Assembly (NCBI GenBank): GCA_030265395.1
Contig: JARFYF010000084.1
Span: 63,175,176 to 63,239,159, forward strand
Length of the DNA stretch: 63,984 nt
Reading direction: 5' to 3'
Source: Rhina ancylostomus
Lineage: Eukaryota
The position numbers and the translations under genes were made by a program. Shown here piece by piece: positions 25,330 to 37,054 of the stretch; within the stretch, counting starts at the first letter, position 1, and every line of letters begins with the position of its first letter. The notes below the pieces were generated by a model, which made no database searches, was not told the origin of the DNA, and worked only from the letters and a program-made list of their open reading frames with translations.

Positions 25330-25629
25330 TCTTCAAGGTGGGCAATAAGAAAATTATCACTTTTCATAGTGCTCATATATGCTCTACCTTTCACTGACAC
25401 AGATTTGATTGGCATTATTAGGCTTTTTTTTAGTCAAAATTTCTGCTGGATCCAATAATAATGCATTAGTTTGATATTTACTTTTGCATGATTAATGTGA
25501 GCAAATTGGGGAGTATAATCAGAAAATTTGCTGGAGTTTTGCCTGACCTCTTTCAGTATCTTTGTTTTTCAAATCGTCACATGAATTGTCTGCCCATTTT
25601 TGCAAGGATCTGGGCAAATAAAAGGTCTT

Positions 25630-25950
25630 AAATACAAGGAGGCCATTCAAACTGTCGACACCATGCTGGCTCCCAGGAAAGCATTTCCATTAGTCCTTTT
25701 CTCCTTGTCTTTAATTCCTTGTACCCTTGCAACTTATTTTCTCTTGCATAGAGCCATCAACTCCCTTTTGAATCTTTTTGCCATTAACCTACAGTGAAGG
25801 GTCACTTCCAGTAGACAACTAACTACCAGCATGTCTTTGGGATATGGAGGAAACTGGAGCACTCAGAGGAAGTCCACACAATTATGGAGAAAATGTGCAA
25901 ACTGAGGTCAGGAATGAACCTGCATTACCATGCACCATCATGCTGCCCTA
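25630..25950 (-). mobile_element. degraded V-SINE with CR1-type tail
   Basis: gcatgtctttgggatatggaggaaactggagcactcagaggaagtccacac (reverse V-domain) and ggaggccattca tail. Confidence 0.75.
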
Positions 25951-27050
25951 TAGTTCATTATGTGTTCAGGCATATGCTGAACAGCCCAGGTCTCCCATCA
26001 ACATCATTCTACTGGTAGCTATTATACATGGAATATTTTGCTTCAAAGTCATTTCAGGCAGTCACCAAGGATGTCAGCAATGTGTTGCAATAAACTCTGA
26101 TACATTTGGCAAATTGTAGATGCTTTAATATAACAGCTAACAATTTAATCTCCTTCCTGAGGAACAAGAAGTGGTCAAATGACTCCTATTATAAGATTCT
26201 GAACAGTTGAATGAATAACAGGTCAGGCTGAAGTGGTTATATTTCTGGATGAATTGGTGTCATCCCAGGAGAGGGGTTATGCTTCAATGATTGGGAGAGA
26301 CTTATGATTCTAGGCAATAAACAGTGGGGCTTCCAGGAGGGAGGCTCATTTGTTTGAGACCAGAGATGGCCTGACAAGGATACCATTGTTTCCCCTAATC
26401 ATCTGACATTTTTCAAGGCAGGCCTTTTTAGCTGACTGCCAAGTGAAGGTATGATATGTCATTTTTCCCAAGTTCAGAACTGCATGATAATTAAAAATTC
26501 TGCTTAAAGCTCCTGGCACAAGCAAATATATTGACTGGTGCAGAGCTGAGTCACATTCATGAGAAGGCTTCAATTTTGATCACTTGTTTCACTTGGATTG
26601 CTGTTATGAGTTGGAAACAGCATATTTAGCTTTACGTTCCTGGGCTGGGGTAATGTGGAAGAATTTTAGTTTATGTGAGTCCACTAAATTGACCCCTATT
26701 AATGGTTCTACATGTACGTCAGGTAATGTAATGAAATCCAGTGCAGGCAAGGAGCACTACCACACAAGAACAAGAACTTGGAATTTTACTTTCTGCTCTC
26801 TGCAGTTAAAAGTGAACAAAAGTTCTTGCTGAACTTGAACCTGTCTCAATAGACAAACCACCATGCTAAGAGCCTGAAACCTACACTTCCTAAACTTACT
26901 ATGCTCTATGTTACTATCTAAGGCCAGACATGAGCAAAAGCATCTCAGTGNNNNNNNNNNNNNNNNNNNNNNNNNNNNNNNNNNNNNNNNNNNNNNNNNN
27001 NNNNNNNNNNNNNNNNNNNNNNNNNNNNNNNNNNNNNNNNNNNNNNNNNN

Positions 27051-27480
27051 CCCCCAGATCATACCTGAGTCTTTCCTCCCCTTTACTTCCCAATAACCCC
27101 AGTCTCTGATCCCACTCTCACCCTCTTCTAACCCCCAGATCCTCTTAACCTCTTCCTGTCTCCTCTCCCGATTCTCAATATCCACCTCCCCAGTTTTTTC
27201 CCCAGTTCCTCCTCTGTCGCTCTCCCCATAATTCCCTTTATCCTCATAATCACCCTCCCTACATTATTTCCCCGGTTCTTCATAACTGGCTCTCCCTATA
27301 ACCTCCAGATCCTCATAACTCCCTTCCCTACCCCTACCAACTATCCCTTGTCCCAATAGCGGCTTCCTCGCCTATGCACCTTCCTCTCAACTCCCCAATA
27401 TTTCCAACAAACCCCCATCCCACCCTCTCTAAAATGCTTTATCCTTCCTGTCCTCTAACCACCCCACTTTCCTTCCTTTG
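27051..27480 (+). repeat. C/T-rich low-complexity region
   Basis: Strong pyrimidine bias next to a gap, with recurring cccagatcctc and ctcataac motifs. Confidence 0.7.
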
Positions 27481-27924
27481 TTAATAGATTCCATATTACT
27501 CCTGAAGAGTGGGATATTTCCAATTTCAGCTTCATCTTCTACGCTGCACTAATGATATGCCTCAGCTCAGCATAGTTAATTGTATGCACAATTTTCCATG
27601 CCTTCAAACCCGTCTGAGTAACCTTACCAGCTGTGCAAAATGTAATTCAACCCAGGCAACCAATGCTAAACATCAATATTTATTGCAACACTGGAAAGCT
27701 ACATAAATCAAACTGGACTAAAAAAATTGTGGATGATCACTAGTACTGAACTAGCACAATAACATGGTGTATTCCTGCTGTATTCTGAATAGCCAGCTCC
27801 AGTTAAAGTCATTGGAACTCAATGTCAACAGAAAAGTACAGTAGATGCCACCTATTTACCATTAGTGACCAATTTTAAAAAGCAATAACTTGCATTTATA
27901 CAGTACTTTTAGATGCATGCACAC

Positions 27925-28900
27925 AGGAAATATGAGGAGGAAACCCATTTAGTCCCTCAAGTTTGCTTGGCCATTCAATAAGATCATGACTGATCTGAGC
28001 TTGGCCTTGCTCCATTTTCTTGCCCATTGCCCCCTAACCTTTAATTCTCCTGTCAATGAAAAATGTTTGTTGGTGTTGAATCTATTCAATGATGCAGACT
28101 TCTCATTTCTCTGGGGGTAGACAATTCCTCACCTCCATCTGGAATGGACAACTCCTTAATCTGAAATGATGCCTCCCATCCATCCCCACCCCCACTTCCC
28201 AGCTCTTCATTCCCCAATCATCCACTATGTCACCCCTTTCGCAAGGCATCAGGCCCTGAATGTGTACCTGGCCGGGCACTGAAAACTTGAACACTCCAGC
28301 CAGTTGGTCGGCACAAGGACATCTTCAGCCCCTCAGTGCTGCAGTCTAGGTTCCCACCTGGTTCAAAAGGGCAGCAATCATACTGGTGCCCAAAAAGACC
28401 AGGGTGAGCTGTCTCAATGACCATCGCCTGGTAGCACTCACATATACCGTGATGAAGTGCTTTGAGAGGTTGGTTATAGCTAGAATGAACTTCTGCCTGA
28501 GTAAGGACCTGGACTGGCTGCAATTCGCCTACTACCACAACAGGTCTACAGCAGACACAATATCATTAGCTCTCCATTCTGCTTGGAAGCACCTAGACAA
28601 CCACAAAACATATGTCAGCCTGTTTATCAATTACAGCTCGGCATTCAACACCACTATCCCCAGTATTAATCACCAAGCTTCAAAACCTGGGTCTCTGGAC
28701 CTCCCTCAGCCACCCTCAAAAGCTTATACATGGCAATAACACCACCTCTCATTAAAATGAACATAGGCCAAACCTGTTCAACCTCTCTTCATTTGTTGAT
28801 GTCTTCATTCCCAGGAGTCAATTTCATGAACCTCCTCTGCACTGCCTCCACATCCTTCCTTAAATTTGGAGATTAAAGTTATTTGCATCAGCCATTGTGT
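27925..28900 (-). mobile_element. degraded CR1 3' portion interrupted by Rex1 fragment
   Basis: ccattcaataagatcatgactgatct; ctctgggggtagacaattcc; resumes at accacctctcattaaa...gaacctcctctgcactgcctcc. Confidence 0.65.
28232..28712 (+). mobile_element. Rex1/Babar LINE RT fragment
   Basis: RKASGPECVPGRALK...PKKTRVSCLNDHRLVALTYTVMKCFERLV...LQFAYYHNRSTADTISLALH...FINYSSAFNT. Confidence 0.92.
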
Positions 28901-28989
28901 TGAGTTCTGCCTTCGATAATGTATTTTGTAGTAGTTCTCTCTGTTATTTGCCTTAGTTTGCAACAACACTAAAGATACCTACAGACTTT

Positions 28990-29290
28990 ACAAGAAGGCA
29001 AAGGAAGAAGCCAGTTGGAGACTCCATTCAGTCTACAATGGTTATCCTGAGCCTCCAATTTTCTGTCCCACTCCCACCTCTCTATTTGGCCTCTTACAAG
29101 GCCCAAGGTAAGCTTGGGGATCAACATCTTATCTTTCTGACTGAGCCCTCTGTTTTTAACTTTGAATTGAACAATTTCAGAGAAGGGACCTTTCCAGTTT
29201 GCATCATAACTACCTGGTTCTGAGGAAAGATCAAATTTGAAACAGCAACTTGGTTTCTCTCTTTACAGATGCTGCTTGATGTTTTTCCTG
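28990..29290 (+). mobile_element. degraded Penelope GIY-YIG C-terminus plus terminal repeat
   Basis: YKAQGKLGDQHLIFLTEPSVFNFELNNF resembles EAQRKLEEQHLIF...NIEFNNF, followed by ggttctgagga...tgaaacagcaac...acagatgctgcttga. Confidence 0.65.
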
Positions 29291-29699
29291 GTGTAGTCCA
29301 GTTGACAAAAGTACCACCAATTGTAGACTTGTTAACAAAGTCACAAAGAAGTGACTGAATGGATACAAATTGACTAGATTGACTGGAATAGACTGGGAAA
29401 GAAATCCACCAAGGTCCTCACTACTCATTTCTCCAATGATGCCCCTCCCTTTGTAAATCATTCATAGCATTATTGATAATAAGTGATGTTCTTTTCAGCC
29501 CAGAAAGAATTTAATCAAATGACGATCTGGACAAAGTGCCAAAGCAAAGATGGAACCCAGAAAACTTTACACCAACATGAACCCAATAACTACAAGAGAG
29601 CGAGAGGGAAAGATGACAGTGAAATATATGATTTCTGCTTTGATACTTGTTCACAGGACATTTCAATTAGACTGACAAGTTGTAAATACTTATATAATT

Positions 29700-29763
29700 G
29701 AGTAAAAGAGGCTTTAAGAGTAAAAGAGGCTTTAAGAGTAAAAGAGGCTTTAAGAGTAAAAGA
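29700..29763 (+). repeat. perfect 18-bp tandem repeat x3.5
   Basis: (gagtaaaagaggctttaa)x3 plus gagtaaaaga. Confidence 0.95.
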
Positions 29764-29918
29764 TGCAGGGAGATAACAGATCGACTTTTCCATTAATTAC
29801 AGAAGAGAAGCTACTATTATAATAGGGCAGAACCTTCAGATGAACAGCTCATATGGTTATTGCTATTGGGTGTTTCAGATTTTACATAGCCAAATTATGG
29901 TGTGTAGAACGCCGAATA

Positions 29919-29924
29919 TTTATT
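29919..29924 (-). promoter_or_regulatory. candidate polyadenylation signal (AATAAA) of ZNF622
   Basis: tttatt on + gives AATAAA on -, about 245 nt downstream of the ZNF622 stop codon. Support is positional only. Confidence 0.5.
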
Positions 29925-30169
29925 TCATATCAAAATTGAGTTGAATTACGGTAAACAGTGTGCAGTAGGACACACATTTAAGGGAATGCTTTGATGTTTC
30001 GCAATTCCCATTTTAACATCTGAAAGAGACAAGTTAAAGCAGCAAAAACACACCAACCGCCCCAAAACACAAATTGAAAAGTCAGCAAAAAATCAGTCTT
30101 CAGTTATTGATGTTGCTATTATGTCTCCATCATCAATAGATACAACCTGATAACTACAGTCCAATGTTT

Positions 30170-30303
30170 CTAAAATATAACTTGAGGTCTAAAGTGCATC
30201 TGCTTTGTTGCATTGTTGGACATTGCTGTCTTTAGCATCCACTTGGATTTCATTCTTTGCACATACTGCATATCACGCTCCTTTCTCTGTGATGCTGCTT
30301 TAG
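30170..30303 (-). CDS. ZNF622: ZNF622 last coding exon including stop codon
   Basis: The acceptor tttctttccttaccAG is followed by CT AAA GCA..., which joins the trailing G of the previous exon to give GCT. It encodes KAASQRKERDMQYVQRMKSKWMLKTAMSNNATKQMHFRPQVIF*, matching the ZNF622 C-terminus ERDMQYVQRMKSKWMLKTGMKNNATKQMHFR. Confidence 0.97.
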
Positions 30304-31449
30304 CTGGTAAGGAAAGAAATAACAGTTGATCACATAAACCAGAAGAGTTTATTACACTACTGCCACACATTCAAAAACACCTCAGAAATCAATCTCTAAA
30401 AAAAATTAAATAGTGGTAAATTATCTGTCTAAGCAGCTGTTTCCAACAAGAATATAAATATCACTAATATTTAACATTCTTACTGAAACAAAGTGGAATA
30501 TCTCAGATTTCAGATACTCTAACGCAAAGATAACTTTTTCCACACACACAGCTCAAATTAGTAGTTACTTAATATACAACATCAGTATGCATCACACAAG
30601 ATTTTTCTGAAATTAAAAATCTGTGAAGTTTAGAAACTCAATCAAAGAAGGTTAAAAAAGATAATATATTATGCTGAGAAAATCAGTATTTGAAGATTTT
30701 TGTGACAATAGAGATTTCTTCTCTATTGGAACAGCTCACCGTTATGGAAAAAGGAAATTATTCATTCAGCTGCAAATATACTCATGGTAATTATTCAATG
30801 GAAGGCACAATTTAATTACATTGTTTATGAGCCATTCTTCCTGTAATTATCAAAATTAACATCTTGTCATTATTTGAGCTGTGAAGTCTATCTGATGCAG
30901 GACAGAGAACACCCACAGCTCAGCAAAGCAAGTCTGGTGAAGTGGCACATACATGACACTAAGTTCTTAGAAATCAATCTCTGGTCCAGCAACAATCTAA
31001 AACAGTCAGTCAGATCAATCAGGACTCGGATTTTGGGGAGAAAAAAAAGATTTTGGGGAGAAAGATTTTGAAAAGGTATGAAAAGTCAACAATTTTTATC
31101 ATTAATTTTTTTTAAAATTGCATATGCTACCAGAAAATATTTAAACTCCAATTCATCTTAGAAAACACAATTAGTCTTCAATTAAACAAAATTAAAAAGT
31201 GCACATTTCCTGTCAGATTGTTTATATACAGATTTGTGGATCTGTTTCTTATTATTTACTTCTTTTACAAAATATTCAATGAACAGAAAATGAGGAATTG
31301 TTTAACACAGTATGGTCAGAACATGGCACTTGTTTGGGGCATCATACAGGACTGGTCCCCCGAGGAAGGTAGCAAACGAGGAAGTGCAAAGTTCTCCAGA
31401 TTGATTCCCAGATGGGAGCTGGTGGTTTTTGCAAGAGGAGAGACTAAGC

Positions 31450-31848
31450 ACACTGGGCTAATACTCTCTTAACATTAGAGGAATTGAAACATACAAGATT
31501 CTTATAGCACTTGACAGGATAGATGCAGTAATGATATTTCCACTAGCTGGGCTGTCCAATACAAGGGTCAAAATAAAAGATTGAACATTCAAGAACAAGA
31601 TGCAATGAAATTTCTTAATCGAGAGAGTAGCAAATCATTGGAATTGTCAACCCAAGTGTTGTGGAGGCTCAGTCACTCTGTATGTTCTGGATAGAGAATA
31701 GCAGACCTTTGCATTTTAGGATATCAAGGGATACAGGATTATTGTAAGAAAGTGGCACTAAGGTAAAAGATCACCCATGATTTTATTGAATGGCAGTGCA
31801 GTCACGAGGGATTGAATGGCTTACTCCACATTTCTTATATTCTTATGG
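31450..31848 (+). mobile_element. degraded CR1 3' portion in last ZNF622 intron (antisense)
   Basis: gaaacatacaagattctta...cttgacaggatagatgcag...gaatggcttactcc...tcttatattcttatg. Confidence 0.75.
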
Positions 31849-31989
31849 TTGAGGCAATTGCTTAGACACTATCAAAGCAGCTAGGTAACTGGATGAGGGA
31901 AAAGTACTACGAAATATGTTAAAAGGGTGAGATGAAGTTGATAGAATGAGGAGACACAAGCATGCAGTATACATGTTAGCAAACTACTT

Positions 31990-32245
31990 TGGCTCTTTGT
32001 TACCTCCACACCACCTCCCAGCCTGTCTCTATTTCCACTCTCCCCTCCTCCATCTGTCTTTCACCCCTCCTCACCCAGATCCACCTTTTACCTGCCAGCT
32101 CTTGCTCTACCCCTTCCCTCCACCCTTTTATGCTGGCTAACTCCTCTCTATCTTTCAGTCCTGATGAAGGGTCTCGACCCAAAACATCAACTATCCATTT
32201 CCCTCCTATATGCTGCCTGACCCACTGAATTCCTCGTGTGTTACT
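31990..32245 (+). mobile_element. Penelope-like 3' UTR/terminal repeat with hammerhead motif (32157-32192), in last ZNF622 intron (antisense)
   Basis: A pyrimidine-rich UTR is followed by agtc CTGATGA agggtctcgaccc aaaac atc aact ... tgctgcctgacccactgaattcctc. Confidence 0.85.
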
Positions 32246-32433
32246 TGGGCTGAATGATTTTTTTAACATTTTGTATGATTTATACAATTGAAAAAAAATT
32301 ATACATCAGTATCAATTACTTTATGTTGGACTGTGAATACTTTCTGAAAGACACAACCATAAACAATAACTAGATTTTCATGGCTGAATAGGGCAAAAGA
32401 TTGAAGTTACTGCACAGATGTCAAGACACTTAC

Positions 32434-32577
32434 CAAGCTCACTTGTCCAACCAAGGGCCTTGTACTGCTGTAGCAATCTCCCCAGCACACGGCGAGTTCC
32501 AGTCACAGCCACTGCTCTAGAGGTACCAAAGTGTTGCTTATAGTATCTCAGCAATGACCGATGACCAATTCTAGCGC
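32434..32577 (-). CDS. ZNF622: ZNF622 (cytoplasmic 60S maturation factor, Rei1 homolog), penultimate coding exon
   Basis: The minus strand reads polypyrimidine tttcttcttctgttgaatctcAG | 144-bp exon | GTAAGT. It translates (G)ARIGHRSLLRYYKQHFGTSRAVAVTGTRRVLGRLLQQYKALGWTSEL(A), matching the recalled vertebrate ZNF622 segment GARVGHRSLMRYYKQRFGLSRAVAV...GRVLQQYRALGW. Both ends are phase 1. It is absent from the ORF track because it is short. Confidence 0.96.
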
Positions 32578-33679
32578 CTGAGATTCAACAGAAGAAGAAA
32601 AAAGGTTAGAAACATGAATAGATGAAGGTCAGACCATTCTACCAGCTTGTGCAAGTAACTCTGTCTACGAGTTATCATTAAACAACCTTAAAACTATCTG
32701 CACAGTTCTAAATATATACTGTGAATAAAACAAATTCTATTCACAAAGATTTCATTTTCTTGTAAATGCAGTGCTTTGCCCTTCACTTCCTGGCTCAGAC
32801 ATAAAGATACTGGGTTACTTTTAAAAAGGACACTTTCATTTCTGCATTGTAATTGTGCAGTAGTATTTTACACAGAAGTGTTCCAATATGTGCCTGTAAT
32901 TTGTCGGTTTTACACTAAATACTGAACCAAATTCAAGTTGGACTAACCGGATAGTTCCTGAAAATAGACACACCTTACGGTGTGAGGTTAACCATTGCTA
33001 ATTGTTTATAATCCAGACAGAGTGTCCACTTGCATTGCCTGCTTATCAAGATTACTCCATGCAGTCAGTGTGGATGACTGATTAATACCACTTAAAGCTA
33101 GCTTGTGCTAGCCTGCTTATTGTAAGCGGGATGAGAAGTGGGGAGGTGTATTATGGATGTAACTGCTGATCAAAGTTGTTGAAGAGAAAAATAATCATAC
33201 AATGGCCAATTTGGGAAAGACTAGACTTCAAGACATTCTGATGCTGTGTGGAGGCTTTGGCAGAGGAGTTAGGGGGAGAGAACTGCTCTGTCCTTGGGGC
33301 CAGGAAGATCTTGAGATATCTTCTCACATGACAGTGAAGTCAGACACTGAATACACCAAATGATGCCAGAAGTGAGGCTTTGGAACCTGGTGAAGTGCAG
33401 TAAAATATGTCAATGACGTAAAATTATCTTTAAATCCTGTATTCCATCAACTGTAGTATTGGACACAGATTCTCTTTGATGGACCCCACTCCCATTAAAT
33501 ACTCAGCAACAATATCAATCAGAACCCATACCAAACACTTATATGTTAATTTCGCCTTCACATAATTTTTGCAACTCTACACCTACACCTCACAGTTTAT
33601 CTACACTGCCAGCTATTAAGACATGCTGTGCGAGATTCATTGCCTCATTTCTCATCTTCTTAAAGGACATGACAACTCA

Positions 33680-34490
33680 AGGCATTATAAGGTCAGAAGC
33701 GGGAATCTCTCCTGATGATTGCACAACGTTCTACTCCATTTGCAACTCATCAGCAAATGAACCAGCTCATGCCGACACGCAGCAAGACCCTAGACAATAT
33801 TTGGATATGGCTGATAAATGGTAACTACCATTAGCACCATAAAAGTGCCTGGCAATGACCACCTCCAACAAGAGAGAGTCAAACCAATCATTAATGACAT
33901 TCAATAGCATTACCATCACTGTGGCTACACGAGCAGATCTGGGGCTGGGTATCCTGTGTGAATGATTTACCTCTTGACACCCCAAATTCTTTCCACCATC
34001 TGCAAGACACAAGCAAGAGTGTGATGAAATATTCTCCACTTGAATGGGTACAGACAAGAAACCCAACAGCATACATGAAGACCACTTGACTGGTACCCCA
34101 TGCACTGCCTTGAGCATTTGCTCCCTCCACCACTGATGCACTGTGGCTGCAATATGTACCATACACAAAATACATTGCAGTTATTCACCCCAGGGTACTC
34201 CAAGAGTATCTCCTAAACCTAGTGATTTGCATTGCCAAGAATAGGAGCTTCAGATGCATATGAACACCACAATCTGCAGGTTCCTTTCCTAGTTGACACT
34301 GTCCGACTTGGAAATATATTGCCATTTCTTCGTCATCACAGGTCTAAATTCTACATTTATCTATCCAATGAAACTGTGTGTACCTCAACCAGAGGATTGT
34401 AGAGGTTCATCATCTTCTCAACAACAATCAGGGATAGGCAAGAATTGTTACCCTGCTGGCAAAACCCAAATTAGGAAAAATGAAAAAAAA
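33680..34490 (+). mobile_element. CR1/L2-group LINE 3' portion (second family)
   Basis: IIRSEAGISPDDCTTFYSI...QQDPRQYLDMADKW is an FADD-region remnant. It ends caatcagggataggcaagaattg...aaatgaaaaaaaa. Confidence 0.75.
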
Positions 34491-34699
34491 AGCAGCAGTG
34501 TTTCTGCATGACTACATGTCTTAATCCCAGAAAGACATTTATGAATGGCCATTACTGAATCCATGGCTGGAACTGTTATTTGAGTCAATTGAAGATGATG
34601 GTATCCGTGTATCTCTTTCCCTTTGTAATCCCACTTCCTCTCACGCCACAAGCTATTGTGATTGACATGCTGCAGATCATATGATCATAGAATTAGAAT

Positions 34700-35560
34700 A
34701 AATGAATATCTATAACATACCGTAGGCGATTTAGTGCACCCAAGCTTTGCAGGTTCCTAGCTGAGCAAATCCCTTAGTCCCATTACCCTATTCTTTCTAC
34801 ACAGCTTTGTATGTTATTCTTCCAAGTGCCTATCCAATTGACTTTTACAGGCACTGTATCATTTTATTTCCACCACCCTTAAAGGCAGTGAATTGCAGGT
34901 CATTCCTAATGTCTGAGCAAAAAGAAATACTTCCCTCACATCTCCTTTATGTCTTTTGACCAAAATGTTCAATCTGTGTCCCCTGGTTCTTGAACTAAGC
35001 CAATCACAATCTAAGCCAATCACAATCTTGTACACCTCTATCAGCTTTTCTCATGAAAATATTCACTACCTTCTCCATAGGCAGAGAAGGTGGGCATTTG
35101 ACCCAACATATTTATGCTAATTTAGTTTTAAAGATCTAATCCCTCATCCCTGGAACTATTCCAGTAAAGCCCTGCACCCTCTCAAGGGCTTCACATCCTT
35201 TTGAAAGTGTAGCAATCAGAAATGGAGGTAGAGGTGTAGTTGTGGGCTGACCAGTGTTCTGTATAAGTTCAACTTATGATGAAAGGTCATTGATCTGAAA
35301 TGTTAACTCCTTTTCTTCCTCAGGAGGTGCTGCCTGATCCGTTGATTATCTCGAGCATTGTCTGTTTTTATTTTAGATTTCCAGCGTCTGTCATGTTTTG
35401 GTTCAAAATAACTTACCTATGTTTATACTTTATGTCCCTATTTATTAATCCCAGGATCCCATGTACTTCATTAACTGTTATCTCTACATTAATTGCAATT
35501 TTCATGGCTTTATACATATAAACCCCTAGGCCCCTCCATTCCTGCACATCCTTTAGATCT
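34700..35560 (-). mobile_element. degraded CR1 with inserted Penelope terminal repeat (35270-35400, +)
   Basis: CR1 motifs ccaccacccttaaaggcagtgaattgcaggtc and cctgcaccctctcaagg; insert tgatgaaaggtcattgatctgaaatgttaact...tgctgcctga. Confidence 0.6.
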
Positions 35561-36669
35561 GTGCTATTTATAGTAACCTAGGAATTGGATTTCATCCATC
35601 TTTGTTGTGCTAAATAGGTGCTCATATGTCAAATCACATTGGCAATAAAAAGTCGCTGAACTGAAACATCCTTACTTTAAGAGATTGCAATTGTGCTTTT
35701 CTCCCATTTAATAGCTGGAAGCCAACTTGAACGTTGGTAGTTGTTGCATGAGCTCACAGCAGCTGAATCATTTAGGCACTTCCTGCAGGGAGTTAGGTTG
35801 GAGCTCATCTGTGGCAGCCACTCAGGCGATGAGGGAAAACAGAAGGGTGGTGAGGGCATGGAGGGTAGAAAATTGAGAGGGAGAGGGAAAATAGAGAGGG
35901 AGACTTTGGGGGAGTGGAAATCATCGTGGAGAGAAGGATGAAACAATGCACAGTTGGCCTTTTGGGCTCTAAGCTGTGGCCAGATCCGGACATCAATCCG
36001 AGCCGCCTGTCATGAACAAGCTACAGTAATCATTAGGGCTAGAGGTCATGTCATCAAGTGTAGAGGTGCTGCAATATTTCTCAGTGCTGACTACCTGCAA
36101 AGGACAGCATCTATAAATCAGTGTCGGGAGAACCAGTGAAATTAAAGTCTCTATATACCAGCAGGGAACCTTCAATTTATTTATGTTTTCCAAATTTCTG
36201 TTTGCTGCTTTCCTAGTTTTACTCGATGTGAACAATGAAAGTTTAATTGGTACATCAGAAACTCATGGGCTGTCCGTTAATGATGTTGTCACATAAGAGG
36301 AATGACAAGAGGAAGTGTCTGTTCCAAGTTCCCAAAGGGTGGAACCTTCTCTGGAAATGTCCACAAACACTCAAAGCAGGTGCAAAGCACATTTTATGTG
36401 GGATTGATACGTGAAAAATAAGCATACATTTTATTCAAACTCCATTTCTTGGCTAATGTTGCTCATTCTTTCTGCCAAAGGGCATCACTTCATGCTCCTT
36501 GGTTTTAAATTTCATGAGCTACTTGCTTGCACATTTAACCTATCCATGTCCTCCTGTGGTTTATCTCCACCCTCCTCATTATATAACACACTCCCTTTGA
36601 GCTATCTGCAAAACTGGAAATCCTGTTCCGCCTAACCATGTCCAGGTTGTGGCCCCAGTTGTCCGAGTC

Positions 36670-37050
36670 CAGTCATAGAGAAATACTGCATGGGGACAGG
36701 CCTTTTGGCCCAACTCATCCATGCCGACCATGGTGCCCACAAACTAGTCCCATTTGCCCGCACTTGGCCCATCAACCCCTCCTATCCATGTACTCATCTA
36801 CCTTTTCAATGTTGTTTTTGTACCTGCCTCAACCACTTTCTCTGGCAGCTCATTCCATATATGCTTCACCCTCTGCATGAAGAAATTGCTTCTCATTTCC
36901 CTTTGAAATCTTTCACCTCTCACCTTAAATCTATGCCCTCTAGTTCTTAGTTTCCCTTTCCTGGGAAAAAGACTATGTGCATTCATGCTGTCTATGCCCT
37001 TCATGATTTTATACGTATCTATTAGGTCATCCCTGAGTCTCCCACACTAA
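36670..37050 (-). mobile_element. CR1 LINE 3' end
   Basis: ORF 36798-37004 reads KGID..NAHSLFPR...TRGHRFKVRGERF...FFMQRVKHIWNELP. Tail agtcatagag...acaggccttttggccca. Confidence 0.9.
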
Positions 37051-37054
37051 TAAG

